Positions 28,817-40,878 of a stretch of 63,516 nucleotides of DNA are shown here, piece by piece. Positions within the stretch are counted from its first letter, which is position 1. Each line of letters starts with the position of its first letter. This DNA comes from Oopsacas minuta (taxonomy: Eukaryota > Animalia > Porifera). The position numbers were made by a program, and so were the translations under genes. The notes under the pieces are model-generated. The model saw only the letters and a list, made by a program, of their open reading frames with translations. It was not told where the DNA came from and did no database searches. Location of the stretch: assembly GCA_024704765.1 (NCBI GenBank), contig JAKMXF010000288.1, forward strand, positions 434,485 through 498,000. The letters run 5' to 3'.

Positions 28817-29650
28817 TTATTTAAGCGCCTTTTTGTCACCTTCCTCTGCTGGACATAAATGCAAGAATCGTCTTAATGTTGAGGTAAAAGAAGGTGTTTG
28901 TGTGTAATCGTATCCCGATTCATTTTCCGTGCATTCAGTTATGATTATATTAGAACAAACTGTTAGTATTTCTACTAAATGTAAATTCCGATATCTCGGA
29001 TCCATGACACAATCATGTAGTGTTTTCAGGAACCATGATCCGCTTTCAGGATCCCTCCATGACAGGAATCCATCTGAGGTGGAGTTGGCGATTTAGGGTA
29101 TCACTTGCTTTGGTAGCCACACCCGCGCCCTTTTCCCCAGGGTCTCCACCGTCTGCTCCACAAAATCTCTTTTCCGTTTGACCCCACCCTGCAGGCTTCC
29201 ACAATAAAAACTTTTGGAATCCCAACTAATTTTTCATTTGATTGGAACAGCTGCACGATATCTGAGACGGGCACACCGCGACCTTCTGTCCCCAACACCT
29301 TGTCACCTCTACCACCGTGTGAAGAGATGGACACGAAAATCACAGAGGTGGTTTTAGGAAGATTTTGAGATAGATTTACTAATTTTTCATGGAAATATCT
29401 TCCTTCTAGATCGTAATAGGTGTTATTTTCGCACTTTATGTTATATTTCACGTAAAATATTTATCAAATACTCAAGGTCCTTTGCTGCGGCCTACCTATC
29501 GAATTGACGTTTGATTTTCTCATTTACAATAATCATTCCTTCTGCTTGCCCTTTTGTGTACTTTAGGTCGTCATCATCTGAATGGACACAATAAAATGAG
29601 TTGTTCAAATTTGCAAATGTAGCGCTTGTAAGAATTGTGAATTCTGCCAT
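28817..29650 (-). pseudogene. Caspase B pseudogene
   Basis: Closely similar to caspase C, but has an in-frame TAG (DR*AAAKD vs DRQAAEKD) and single-base insertions near 29455, just after EACR, and near 29095. Exon 1 is largely deleted. Confidence 0.85.
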
Positions 29651-29659
29651 TGCAGTCTA

Positions 29660-30880
29660 ATCTAATTACTTATCTCCAATTCTAATATCAACAATTTGTA
29701 TTTGATGCGTTTTAACTATGAATTTATGGGTGTATAAAATTCATGATGATATTGAACATTATATGTCAGTGTCGCGAATTCTGAACCGCCAGGGGAGTAG
29801 AGAAACTGTTCGTAACATGGAGAATTAATATTTATCAACTCGACTTAATACAAATCCTATTTATGCATTAAAATTGTGGCCAGAAGGTTATTAACTCAAA
29901 AAAGTAAAGTTAGTCATTACCAGCTTTAATTCCTTTATTTACTCTTATATACAACTTTATGACATTATTGTGGTTCTTCAGGTGGTATAAGTTTTCAACA
30001 CCACCAGAATTCAAGAGTGAAAGGGATGAATAGCAGTAGCAATAATTGCATAGTAATTGGTTATCTTTCACCACTTCACCGATCTTACCGATAATCACTA
30101 ATTTGATATTGATGGGGTATGAAATAATATTCGTGTGGTGCTGGTTAGTTACATGTAATACACCAGCCTAGCTGATGGGGCTAATTAATGGGGCGCTAGC
30201 CTCATCTAACCCCATGCTAGAGCCACCACTGAACAACACTGGTAAGGGTACTTAGTAATATTGTTAATTGAATTATAACAGCATCCCTATTATTGGATAT
30301 CCATGGGGATATCCATATCCCTGGCAAGCCTGGTATTCGTGTACTTTGAGCATTGAAGAATTACTTACATATTTACTACTTATTGTAGACTCCCGTGATA
30401 TCGAAGTGATTCTTTCCCTCTAAAGCTTGAGCGTAAAGTAGACTCTGCTGTATTGAGCAACCTGTGGCTCTTAAGCGGAGTCTATTCTGGTCACTCCGCC
30501 AGAAACAGAACCATACAAATACATTATCCTCTCCCGATGTGATTAGCAATTAGTGATGTATTATGATAATTATGAGTATAGCTATTACTGATTGTCTTAC
30601 AAATATTTTGTGTTAGAATTATTACCATTTTTGATGGAAATTACTTTCCTTATTGAATTGCTAATTTCTTGCAAAGTTTCTTATTTTTATTTATCAAATT
30701 GCAAGACATAACTAGCATTGACGTAGAGAAGGTATCTTTCTATTACGTCGTATCCTAAAATTCCTACTATAATCCCGCCCAGAATTGTAAACTAGCGCTT
30801 AAATTACGAACCCCGCCTATTATTCTTATCTGTGGTAAGGGTACAAACAATTTTGTCTTAATAACTTTAATCAAAACTTA
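29660..30880. repeat. Segmental duplication unit (caspase upstream block); second copy ~35015-36290, partial third copy ~31980-32490
   Basis: Long near-identical stretches, e.g. TGTCAGTGTCGCGAATTCTGAACCG...GGGAGTAGAGAAACTG, present in all three copies. Confidence 0.9.
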
Positions 30881-30881
30881 T

Positions 30882-31974
30882 TTATAAAACAAAGAATGAG
30901 TACTCATGAGGTATTTTCAAGGACCATGATCCGCTTTCAGGATCCCTCCATGACAGGAATCCCTCTGAGGTGGAGTTGGCGATCAGGGTATCACCTGCTT
31001 GGGTAGCCACATCCGCGCCCTTTTCCCCAGGGTCTCCACCGTCTGCTCCACAAAATTTCTTTTCTGTTTGACCCCCCCTGCAGGCTTGCACAATAAAAAC
31101 TTTTGGAATCCCAACCAATTTTTCATTTGATTGAAACAGCTGCACGATATCTGAGACGGGCACACCGTAACCTTCTGTCCCCAGCACCTTGTCACCTCCA
31201 CCACCGTGTGAAGAGATGGACACGAAAATCACAGAGGTGGTTTCAGGAAGATTTTGGGATAGATTTACAAATTTTTCGTGGAAATATCTTCCTTCCAGAT
31301 TGCAATAGGTATTATTATCGCAATTTATGTTGTATTTGGCGTAGATATTTATCAAATACTCAAGGTCCTTTTCTGCCGCCTGCCTATCGAATTGACCTTT
31401 AACTTTCTCATTCACGATAATGATTCCTTCTCCTCGCGCTTTTTTGTAGTTTAGATCGTTGTCATCTAATTGGACACAATAAAATGAATTGTCGAATTAG
31501 CAAGTGTTGACTGTGCTACAAATTCAAATTGTACGATTGTACGAATTGCAAAGTCCATATATCCGGGGGGATCATGTCAAATCAATAGTTCCAATTGACA
31601 TGAAACGAGTATTTATGAGAGTACACATTCTAAAATCTGAGAAATCAAGTAAATTTTGAATATTGGTGCCTTTAACTCTAAAACGTAAAAAAGCTCGCCA
31701 ATTTTTTGCATCTCGCCCAAAAATTCTTATCCCGCGCCTAAATATATATATATACGTAAACCCGCCTATGATTCTCATTGCCCCATAAAATCTCCCAAGA
31801 CCACCTCAATCCCTATTTCCAGTTTAAACCTAAATTCAGAATATTCAACTCACAATTAGTGACAATTCCAGGTTTCTCGGTTTCTGGTTTGGATTTCGGA
31901 ACTCCTAATTCTGGAACTTGTGCTTTGGGAGACGAGTTTTCATCATCACTTGTTGGGTTTGTCAATTCTTCCAT
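30882..31974 (-). CDS. Caspase C (exons 31974-31854, 31465-30882), QACRG intact but small subunit truncated
   Basis: MEELTKPTSDDENSS...PGIVTN joins by phase-1 splice to DNDLNY...SHG...QACRG...SWRDPESGSWSLKIPHEYSFFVL*. Homology with the paralogues ends after the GSW motif. Confidence 0.75.
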
Positions 31975-32539
31975 TACAGTCTAATCTAATTAATTATCTT
32001 GAAATCAAATATCAACTAGTAGCTACACAATTTGTATTGAGGTGTTGTAACTATACATTTATGGGTGTATAAAATTCATAATGATATTGAATACTATATG
32101 TCAGTGTCACGAATTCTGAACCGCCAGGGGAGTAGAGAAACTGTTCGTAACATGGAGAATTAATATTTATCAACTCGACTTAATACAAATCCTATTTATG
32201 CATTAAAATTGTGGCCAGAAGGTTATTAACTCAAAAAAGTAAAGTTGGTCATTACCAGCTTTAATTCCTTTATTTACTCTTATATACAACTTTATGACAT
32301 TATTGTGGTTCTTCAGGTGGTATAAGTTTTCAACACCACCAGAATTCAAGAGTGAAAGGGATGAATAGCAGTAGCAATAATTGCATAGTAATTGGTTATC
32401 TTTCACCACTTCACCGATCTTACCGATAATTACTAATTTGATATTGATAGGGTATGAAATAATATTCGTGTGGTGCTGGTTAGTTACAGGTAGTACCCCA
32501 TGCTCTGCACTCGGGGATATATACACATAGATGCCTTAC

Positions 32540-32615
32540 TCTGACATCTACCATACACCACTCCGTCATCTGTCATAGCTTTGCCCTCAATGTCTCCTGG
32601 TACTCTTGTGGCCAT
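32540..32615 (-). other. Orphan intact duplicate of caspase A exon 1 (MATRVPGDIEGKAMTDDGVVYGRCQ) with a GT donor
   Basis: Near-identical to 27965-28040 with its flanks (block ~32500-33300 vs ~27935-28620). No cognate exon 2 follows. Confidence 0.8.
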
Positions 32616-33464
32616 TCTTCAGTTATTGTTAATAACGTAGGAATATATTCTTACTACAAATCAGAATGCTATGTAATCTGCTACCAATTGTAAGGTGTTA
32701 CTTATGAGAGTTAATACATAATCTCGGTTATCACATATGTCTACAAATATGAATTTCACTATACATACTGTCACTAATTGACACTGACTACAACCTGTCC
32801 AGAACTATAGCTTACAAACAGCGCCCAGACGTTATTAATTACTCTACATATACAAATATTCTTAAACCTTGAATTCCTGAATAATTCGTCAGAAATTATT
32901 TTGGATGCACTAAGAGGACAGTTTGGAAATTAATTCCCGTCAGCGTTCCATGACCCGAACGGACAAATGTAATTTCGGATAGAATCGTGTCACTGAAGGC
33001 TTACCTGTTTACTTGGACACTGAAATATGTGTATTTAACCTCCCTGTCAAAAATTATTCCCTCAGAAGTTATTATATACACAAGTTTGTTTATTATTATT
33101 ATTACTAAACTTACACACAATATATTTGCTATTACTAGTATGGTAAACAATACATACATTGAGTTACTATAGGATATACTTCACACTAACTAACTACTTC
33201 ATACTTCACTTCAGACTTTCACAACTAAAAGATATAAGAATATTATTAACTATAATAACATAGCAACAAGTTATCATATATGGAATGCGTAAATGTCCTG
33301 TCGGCGTGATGAGAGAAGTAATGATTTATCATATACTTAATCATATTTTACCACCTTTTTATGCATCAAGTCTTTTCATGGAATTTATAATTCACCACAT
33401 TTACGCGCCTATTTTTCATTATTCTATGTACATATTCGCGCGCTTAAATTTTTAACTCACGTTT

Positions 33465-35007
33465 TTATTTAAGCGCCTTTTTGTCACCTTTCTCTTCTGG
33501 GTTTAAACGCAGGAATCGTCTCAATGTTGAGTAATATGAGGGTGTTTCTGTTAAATAGTCTCCTGATTCATTTTCCTCGCATTCAGTTATAATTAAATTA
33601 GAACAAACTGTTAGAATTTCTACTAAATGCAAATTCCGATATCTCGGGTCCATGACGCAATCATGAAGTATTTTCAAGAACCATGACCCGTTTTTAGGAT
33701 CCCTCCAAGACACAAATCCCTCTGAGGTGGAGTACGCGATCAGGATGTCACCTGCCTTCTTAACCCCATCCGGGCAATATTGCATAATGTCTATATAATA
33801 TCTCACCTCCTTGTTATCCCCCCTCCACGCTTGTACAATAAACACCTTTGGAATACCAAGTAAGTTCTCGTTAGATTGGAATATCTCCACCATATCTAAG
33901 ACTGTCATACTAGAACCATCTGTCCCCAACACCTTGCCCCTTGTTCCACCGTGTGAAGAGATAGACACGAGAATTACAGAGCAGTCTTCAGCAACAGTTT
34001 CAGATAGATTCTCCAATTTTTCGTAGAAAGAACTTCCTTTCAAATCGTAGTGTATGTTATTATCGCATTTGATGTTATATTTGGCGTAAATATTTGTCAA
34101 ATACTCGAGGTCCTTTTTGGCGCCTGATCTCTTGGGTAGTTTTCTGAAATTCTCATTTACGAAAATGATTCCTTCTCCTCGCCCTTTTCTGTAGTTAAGA
34201 TCGTCATCATCTAAATGGACACAATAAAATGAATTGTCCAATTAGCAAGTGTTGACTGTACTACAAATTCAAATTGTACGATTGCACGAATTACAAAGTC
34301 CATATCTCCGCGGGGATAATGTCAAATCAATAGTTCCAATTGACATGAAACGAGTATTTATGAGAGTACACATTCTAAAATCTGAGAAATCGAATAAATT
34401 TTGACTATTGGTGCCTTAAACTCTAAAACATAACAAGCTCGCCAATTTTTTTGCATCCCACCCAAAAATTCTTGTCCCGCGCCTAAATATATATATACGT
34501 AATCCCGCCTATGATTCTCATCGCCCCCATGAATCCTCTATTCTCGTCTAAATATATATCCCGCTAGTAATTCTCATCGCCCGATTAGAAATCTAAAAAC
34601 CGCCTCAATCCTTATTTCCCGCTTCAATCTAAATTTAGAATATTCAACTCACAATTTTTGACAGTTCCAGGTTTCGCTGTCTCTGGTTTTGATTTGAGAA
34701 CTGCTAATTCTGGAGCGTTCACTTTTGGAGGCGGTTTTCCATCAGCTTTGGCACCACTTGTAGCACTTGTCCCTTTACCTTTGCGTAGAATATTTGGATC
34801 TATCGGTAGTGGCCTTCCATCAGTTTGGCCGCCACTATGTTGTATACTTGTGTCGATCATATCTTTAATAGGTTCATCTATCGTTGGTTTATATGCGTCA
34901 GGTCCATCAGTTTGGGCCCTTCTTGTGTCACTCGTGCTATCTAGAATTCCCTTGAGTGGAACAAATCTGCTTTTCCTTGGTTTATCTGTAGCTGTCGAAT
35001 CTGCCAT
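33465..35007 (-). CDS. Caspase E (exons 35007-34653, 34210-33465), catalytic Cys replaced (QAWRG): predicted inactive caspase-like protein
   Basis: Open frame with RSGAKKD, SHG and SWRDPKNGSW retained. The pentapeptide is CAA GCG TGG AGG GGG. Confidence 0.85.
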
Positions 35008-36690
35008 TCAAACTCTAATCTAATTACTTATCTCAAATTCTAATATTAACAATTTGTATTTGAGGCGTTTTAGCTATGAATTAATGGGTTTATACATTTC
35101 ATAACGATATTGAATGTTATATGTCAGTGTCGCGAATTCTGAACCGCTAGGGGAGTAGAGAAACTGCTCGTAACATGGAGAATTCATATTTATCAACTCG
35201 ACTTAATACAAATCCTATTTATGCATTAAAATTGTGGCCAAAAGGTTGTTAACTCAAAAAAGTAAAGTTAGTAATTACCAGCTTTAATTCCTTTATATAC
35301 TTATATACAACTTTATGACATTATTGTGGTTCTTCAGGTAGTATAAGTTTTCAACACCGCTAGAATTCAAGAGTGAAAGGGATGAATGGCAGTAGCAGTA
35401 ATTGCATAGTAATTGGTTAGTAATTGGTTATCTTTCACCACTTCACTGATCTGACCGATAATTACTAATTTTCCATCATAATCGATTCTCAACTGGGAAA
35501 TCAAATAATTTGATAATTTGATATTGATAGGGTATGAAATAATAATTGTGTGGTGCTGGTTAGTTACATGTAATACACCAGCCTAGCTGATGGGGCGCTA
35601 GCCTCATCTAACCCCATGCTAGAGCCGCCACTAAACAATATTAGTAAGTGTTCTTAGTAATATTGTTAATTGAATCATAACAGCATCCCTATTATTGAAT
35701 ATCCATGGGGATATCCATGTCCCCGGCAAGCCTGGTATTCGTGTAATTTTGAGTATTGAAGAATTACTTACATATTTATTACTTATTGTAGACTCCCGTG
35801 ATATCGAAGTGATTCTTTCCCTCTAAAGCTTGAGCGTAAAGTAGACTCTGCTGTATTGAGCAACCTGTGGCTCTTAAGCGGAGTCTATTCTGGTCACTTC
35901 GCCAGAAACAGAACCATACAAATACATTAGTCTCTCCCGATGTGATTAGCAATTAGTGATGTATTATGATAATTATGAGTATAGCTATTACTGATTTTCT
36001 TACAAATATTTTGTGTTAGAATTATTCCATTTTTGATGGAAATTACTTTCCTTATTGAATTGCTAATTTCTTGCAAAGTTTCTTATGTTTATTTATCAAA
36101 TTGCAAGACATAACTAGCATTGACGTAGAGAAGGTATCTTTCTATTACGTCGTATCCTAAAATTCCTACTATAATCCCGCCCAGAATTGTAAACTAGCGC
36201 TTAAATTACGAACCCCGCCTATTATTCTCTTCGCCCGCCTAAATAATTTTGTATTAAGAACTTTAATAAAAACTTATTTACAAAACAAAGAATGAGTAAA
36301 TACACAAAATACTAATATGAATAAATAACAACAAATAATGAGTCAACTTTCAAACTTCTTATCTTTTGACACCTAAAAATATTATTAGTATTTGTAGTGA
36401 AATTTCCATTTTGTTATTATTTAATTTATCATATTTTCACACCTTACAGAATGTGATTAATTCGAAGTAATACTTAGCACAATTTCTAGAGCAGCTCCTT
36501 AAGGGATATGCCCGAATGGCATCGACGATATCCGACCTCCGTGCGTACATCAACATGTTGTCAAGGATCAGAGCCATTGTCCAATTTATGGTACCAATTT
36601 CATTTTAGGGAGGATAGCAATCTGAAATTATTATATTACTCTTATTAACTCTTATGAATTCCTCTACGGTTAAGTAACTTACTTTCAATT

Positions 36691-37817
36691 TCATTTTCCC
36701 TTCACTGGAATACGTAGGAATTTAGTCAGTGTAGAATGGAATGTTGGTGTCTCAGTAGCTCTCACCAATTCCTTTCCTGGTTTTGGACTGTTCGAATCTT
36801 CTTCATCTTCAGAAGCCTGTCTATGACTGTTTATAACCCAAAACGTGCAAACGGTTACAACTTCCACGAAATGTAGATTTTGATATTTATCAAATGTCAC
36901 ACATTTATGTAGTGTTTCTAAGAGCCATGAGCCTTGTTTCTCACTCCTAAACGACTTGTATCCATCTGTTGTCGAGTAGATGATCAGGAAATTACTATGC
37001 TTCGTTGCGAATTGTAACTGTTCATCAACTGGTGGACTACCATCAGCACCTTTGTACTTGTACGCCTTCTCTGTGTGACCTCCCCTACATGCTTGTATAA
37101 TGAACACCTTAGGAATGCCCATTAATTTGCGTTTTTCCACAAAGAGATTGACTAACGTATCCACTGTTGTTGATGGTTTGTTAGTCTTCGTCTCTTCTAG
37201 CTGTCCTTCTTTCTCACCGTGTGTAGCTATTGACACAAATATTACCGGAGACTTTGGATTGACCTCATCACAAAAATTGTCTACTAGTTCAAAAATTCCA
37301 AGTCCCACATCCTCCTTAGTTTCTTGTTCTATTTCTATTTGTTGCCCTCTCTCCGTTACTTTTACAGGCTGTTGATTAAAATATGTGTAGTCTTGACAGT
37401 CTATGCCGTACCATTTGTATATCCTATAAAGTATTTCTAAATCCATATTTGCTCCCACCCTCATTTTGTCGGCATCTAATATGTAATTACGATCTTTCTT
37501 TTTCCAGAAATCTCTGTTTACAATTATTATGCCTTGACCTCTACCCTCTCCGAAAGGGTAGTTCAGTTCATCCTCACATTCTCTGCAAACTATAGAATTA
37601 ATAAATGATAATTCAACATCACAATATTTTTAGAATATACAAAATCTACCCCCCGTAGAGTTAATGTTATTTCTACTGATATGCTTTGTTCTCTTATGTC
37701 ACTATCTTTAACATATTAAAACAGAAACAACTTACTTTGACGTTTGTGATACATCACCACATCATCTTGCAGAGTTTTTCCCTTAATATCCTCTCTTACT
37801 TTAGTGTATTCTGCCAT
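36691..37817 (-). CDS. Caspase D (exons 37817-37736, 37589-36691), intact THG/QACRG; closest to caspase A
   Basis: MAEYTKVREDIKGK... joins by phase-1 splice to CRECEDELNYPF...RVGANMD...IATHG...QACRG...SFRSEKQGSW. Confidence 0.88.
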
Positions 37818-38794
37818 TCTTCAGAAATTTGCTAAAAACAGTTAGATATATATTTTACTATCAAACATGCTTAGTTTATTAATACAAATATTCTCACAGC
37901 TTAGATTACTGAATAATTCCTCAGAATTGGTTTTCTGATATCTACAAGATTCTCCCAATTAGTTACTTATCGTATTTGTAAGATTAGAGGTCACCCTCCT
38001 ATTAATTGCTAATAATTCACAAATCCGTCGTTATTTCTGCATAAAATTCAGTATTTTAGCTATAAAAGTGTGTAATGTGACACTTTAGTATAATTCACGA
38101 TTTCTTCGAATGCTTTGAAGTTACACTTTTAGTTAAATTCAATTCTAATTAATACAAATATAATTTGAATGTGAAAGAACGAAAAAAGGACCGCGATTGG
38201 AGTGGGAGACGAATCCGCTCCAAAAGATAAGAAGCCTTAATGTTCTGTGTATTTGTAAAATTAGAATATTAAAGTCCTATTTATGGGAATTCTATGATCT
38301 TTTAGATCTATCTCGGATACCCATCATATACCGTGTGATTATTTCACACCTTATATATATTTGCTAATTATTTGCTAATTATTTGCTAATTCAAGAAAAT
38401 TAGTATTTTTCACACAGAAATATGCTAACTATAATTAGCTAATTTCTACAAAAACAGAGAATAGCTATTACTGATTGCTTGCAAATATTTTGTGTTAGAA
38501 TTATTAGCATTTTTGTTTTACTATCTTTCTTACAAAATTGCTAATTTCTACCAGAAATTTCTTAATAGAATAGTTATTTGGTTATTGGGGAGGTAGTACT
38601 GATGTCGTGTAGCCTTGAATCGATAGAGGGAAGGGAAGACAGTGGCGTAACGAATGATTATACCCTCAGAAAACTCTCTGATATAGGTGACCAATTGAGA
38701 AATCCTGTCTCCTAACTGATGTTAGACTTAATTAGAATGCAAAATATTACTTTGAAGTTCGAATTGGAAACATGTAGCTATGTGAATTCTATGT

Positions 38795-39172
38795 AAGGTA
38801 TTAGTCGATCATGTTAAACAAGATCGTGATCCCGATCAAGATCCTTATTTCAAAAATGATCCCGATCTCGATCATTTTTCCGATCCTTCGTGTAATATTC
38901 AAGACATATTTTTGATAGTTACATCATTTCTTATGCCAAAAGAAACAGGTGGAGAATCAACGCATTCCACGAACGAAAATTACTGATTGTTGAACACAAA
39001 TTGGGAACAATTCCCCAAGTAAAAAACCGTAAGTATACAAAAAGGATCAAAATTTCTGTGCAAAAAAGGATCGCTATCTCACATCCGATCCGTAATAAAA
39101 CTGATCGCCTATTGTCACCAGATCGTCAAAAAAGTATCGCTATCGTGATCGATCGATCCTAATCCCTTAATT
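38795..39172. mobile_element. Degenerate MITE-like element with GATC-rich subterminal arrays
   Basis: TAAGGTATTAGTCGATC on the left and GATCGATCCTAATCCCTTAA on the right form imperfect inverted ends. GATC words cluster densely near both ends. Confidence 0.5.
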
Positions 39173-39339
39173 TTAATAAAGTAGTAGTATACATAATCAT
39201 ATGTAGATATAATGGTTATAGAAGGAATCTTCCACTTAAACGAAGCGTTCATCCAAGCCCCAATTAAGCTAATTAACAATAATTCATTCAATGTCAGTTC
39301 ATGAATCAGGAATAATATATACATAAACTGTTTGTGAAG

Positions 39340-40435
39340 TCAGGAGTAATGTTTTCCAGGTAACCTTAAGAACTTGCTAAGAGTAGAAGTATAGCTCGAT
39401 GTCTCCGTCATTAGCTCTCTAACGTCTTTATCTGTGGATTTTTCATGGCATTGATCAATTATCATATGTGAGCATATTGTCAATAATTCAACGAAATGCA
39501 GATGTCTGTATTCCCATTTTATCACGCATTCATATAGTTTTTGTATGAACCAAGACCCGCGATCCTTTGACCGGTATGCATTCGTGCCACTCGAAGTGGC
39601 ATACGCAATTAATACGTCACTCGCTTTAGTTGTATATCTATGATCACCCTTTCTATATACTTTTTCATCTGATGGGTTATAGTGAACTTCCATATGATTA
39701 TCTCTACAAGCTTGTAATATGAATACTTTAGGGATTCCTAGCATTTTCCTATCATCAATAAAATAGTGTACTAGTTCTGTAATTGTAACACCCTCACGAT
39801 CGGTACCCAATATTTTCCCATCTCCACCCCCGTGTGACGCAATGGATATGAATAATACTGGACACACTCCTACATTGTCTGCGAAGTCTTGTAGTTTTGC
39901 TTTCATTTCCTCTCCTGATAAATCAATATGGACGTGTCCTTTGTATTGTATCTTATATTGGTCGTATATTTTTTGAAGATGAGAAACATCGTTTTCGGCG
40001 CCTTGTCTCACTTCAAGCCCTTTGATATTCTTATTTACGATTATGATACCATATCCATGTCTCACAACTCCGCCATCAGCTCCATGGTGAAATTTTATCA
40101 ATGGATAATCCAGATCCTTAGGAACTATATGAAGATACAGTAGAACTTCGTTAATACGTACACAAATGGACCGTCGAGATTTGTACTCCTTATTCGGAGT
40201 AAAACAATTGAATATCCATTGTATGGACTTAGATTGTGTTCCTATTAACCGGAAATTCGTATTAATGTTCGTATTACCGAGCTGAATAGTAAGAATGAAT
40301 TCCATTCACCAGTGATTCCCATATGAAAATACAAATCCCATTTCTAATTAGATTACAATGCAATACCTTACTTTTAAGTTTGTGATATGCGTCGATATGT
40401 GTTTCTTTTGTGTGTTCTGTTTTTCCTTCTGCCAT
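39340..40435 (-). CDS. Caspase G (exons 40435-40372, 40124-39340), SHG/QACRD
   Basis: MAEGKTEHTKETHIDAYHKLK joins by phase-1 splice to PKDLDYP...RQGAEND...IASHG...ILQACRD...AYRSKDRGSWF...TETSSYTSTLSKFLRL. Confidence 0.85.
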
Positions 40436-40878
40436 TCTTAGAAATTTGCTAAAAATAGTAACTATCACCTACCAAATTACGTGAATTCTGTATAAAAATT
40501 TATATTTTATCACACCTTATTAATAACTCTAAAACACAATCAAATTACCCAACAATAGACTGGTCTTATGAGTTTTAGTAAACAATAACAACAACAAATA
40601 CATATTCTATTATTGAGTTAATGAGAGAGACTTCATGATCTAAAAAATAAGAATATTTGAAATTAGTCTGTAACATAGCAACAAGTTGTCATATTTGGAA
40701 TGTTTAAATGTCCTATCGGCCTGATGAGAGAAGTAATGATTTATCATATAGTTAATCATATTTTAACACCCTTTTATGCATCAAGTCTTTTCATGGAATT
40801 TATAATTCACCGCATTTACGCGCCTAATTTGCATTATTCTATGTACATATTCGCGCGGTTAAATTTGAACTCACGTTT

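Noticed and set aside
34624-35007. Stand-alone small proteins MADSTATDKP... (also 42056..42367)
   Set aside because: Both have GTGAGT donors before their stops and splice in phase 1 to the downstream caspase exons, so they are first exons.
40125-40305. N-terminal 60 aa of the 321-aa ORF 39340..40305
   Set aside because: It lies between a good donor (40371) and acceptor (40125), so it is probably intron that happens to be open.
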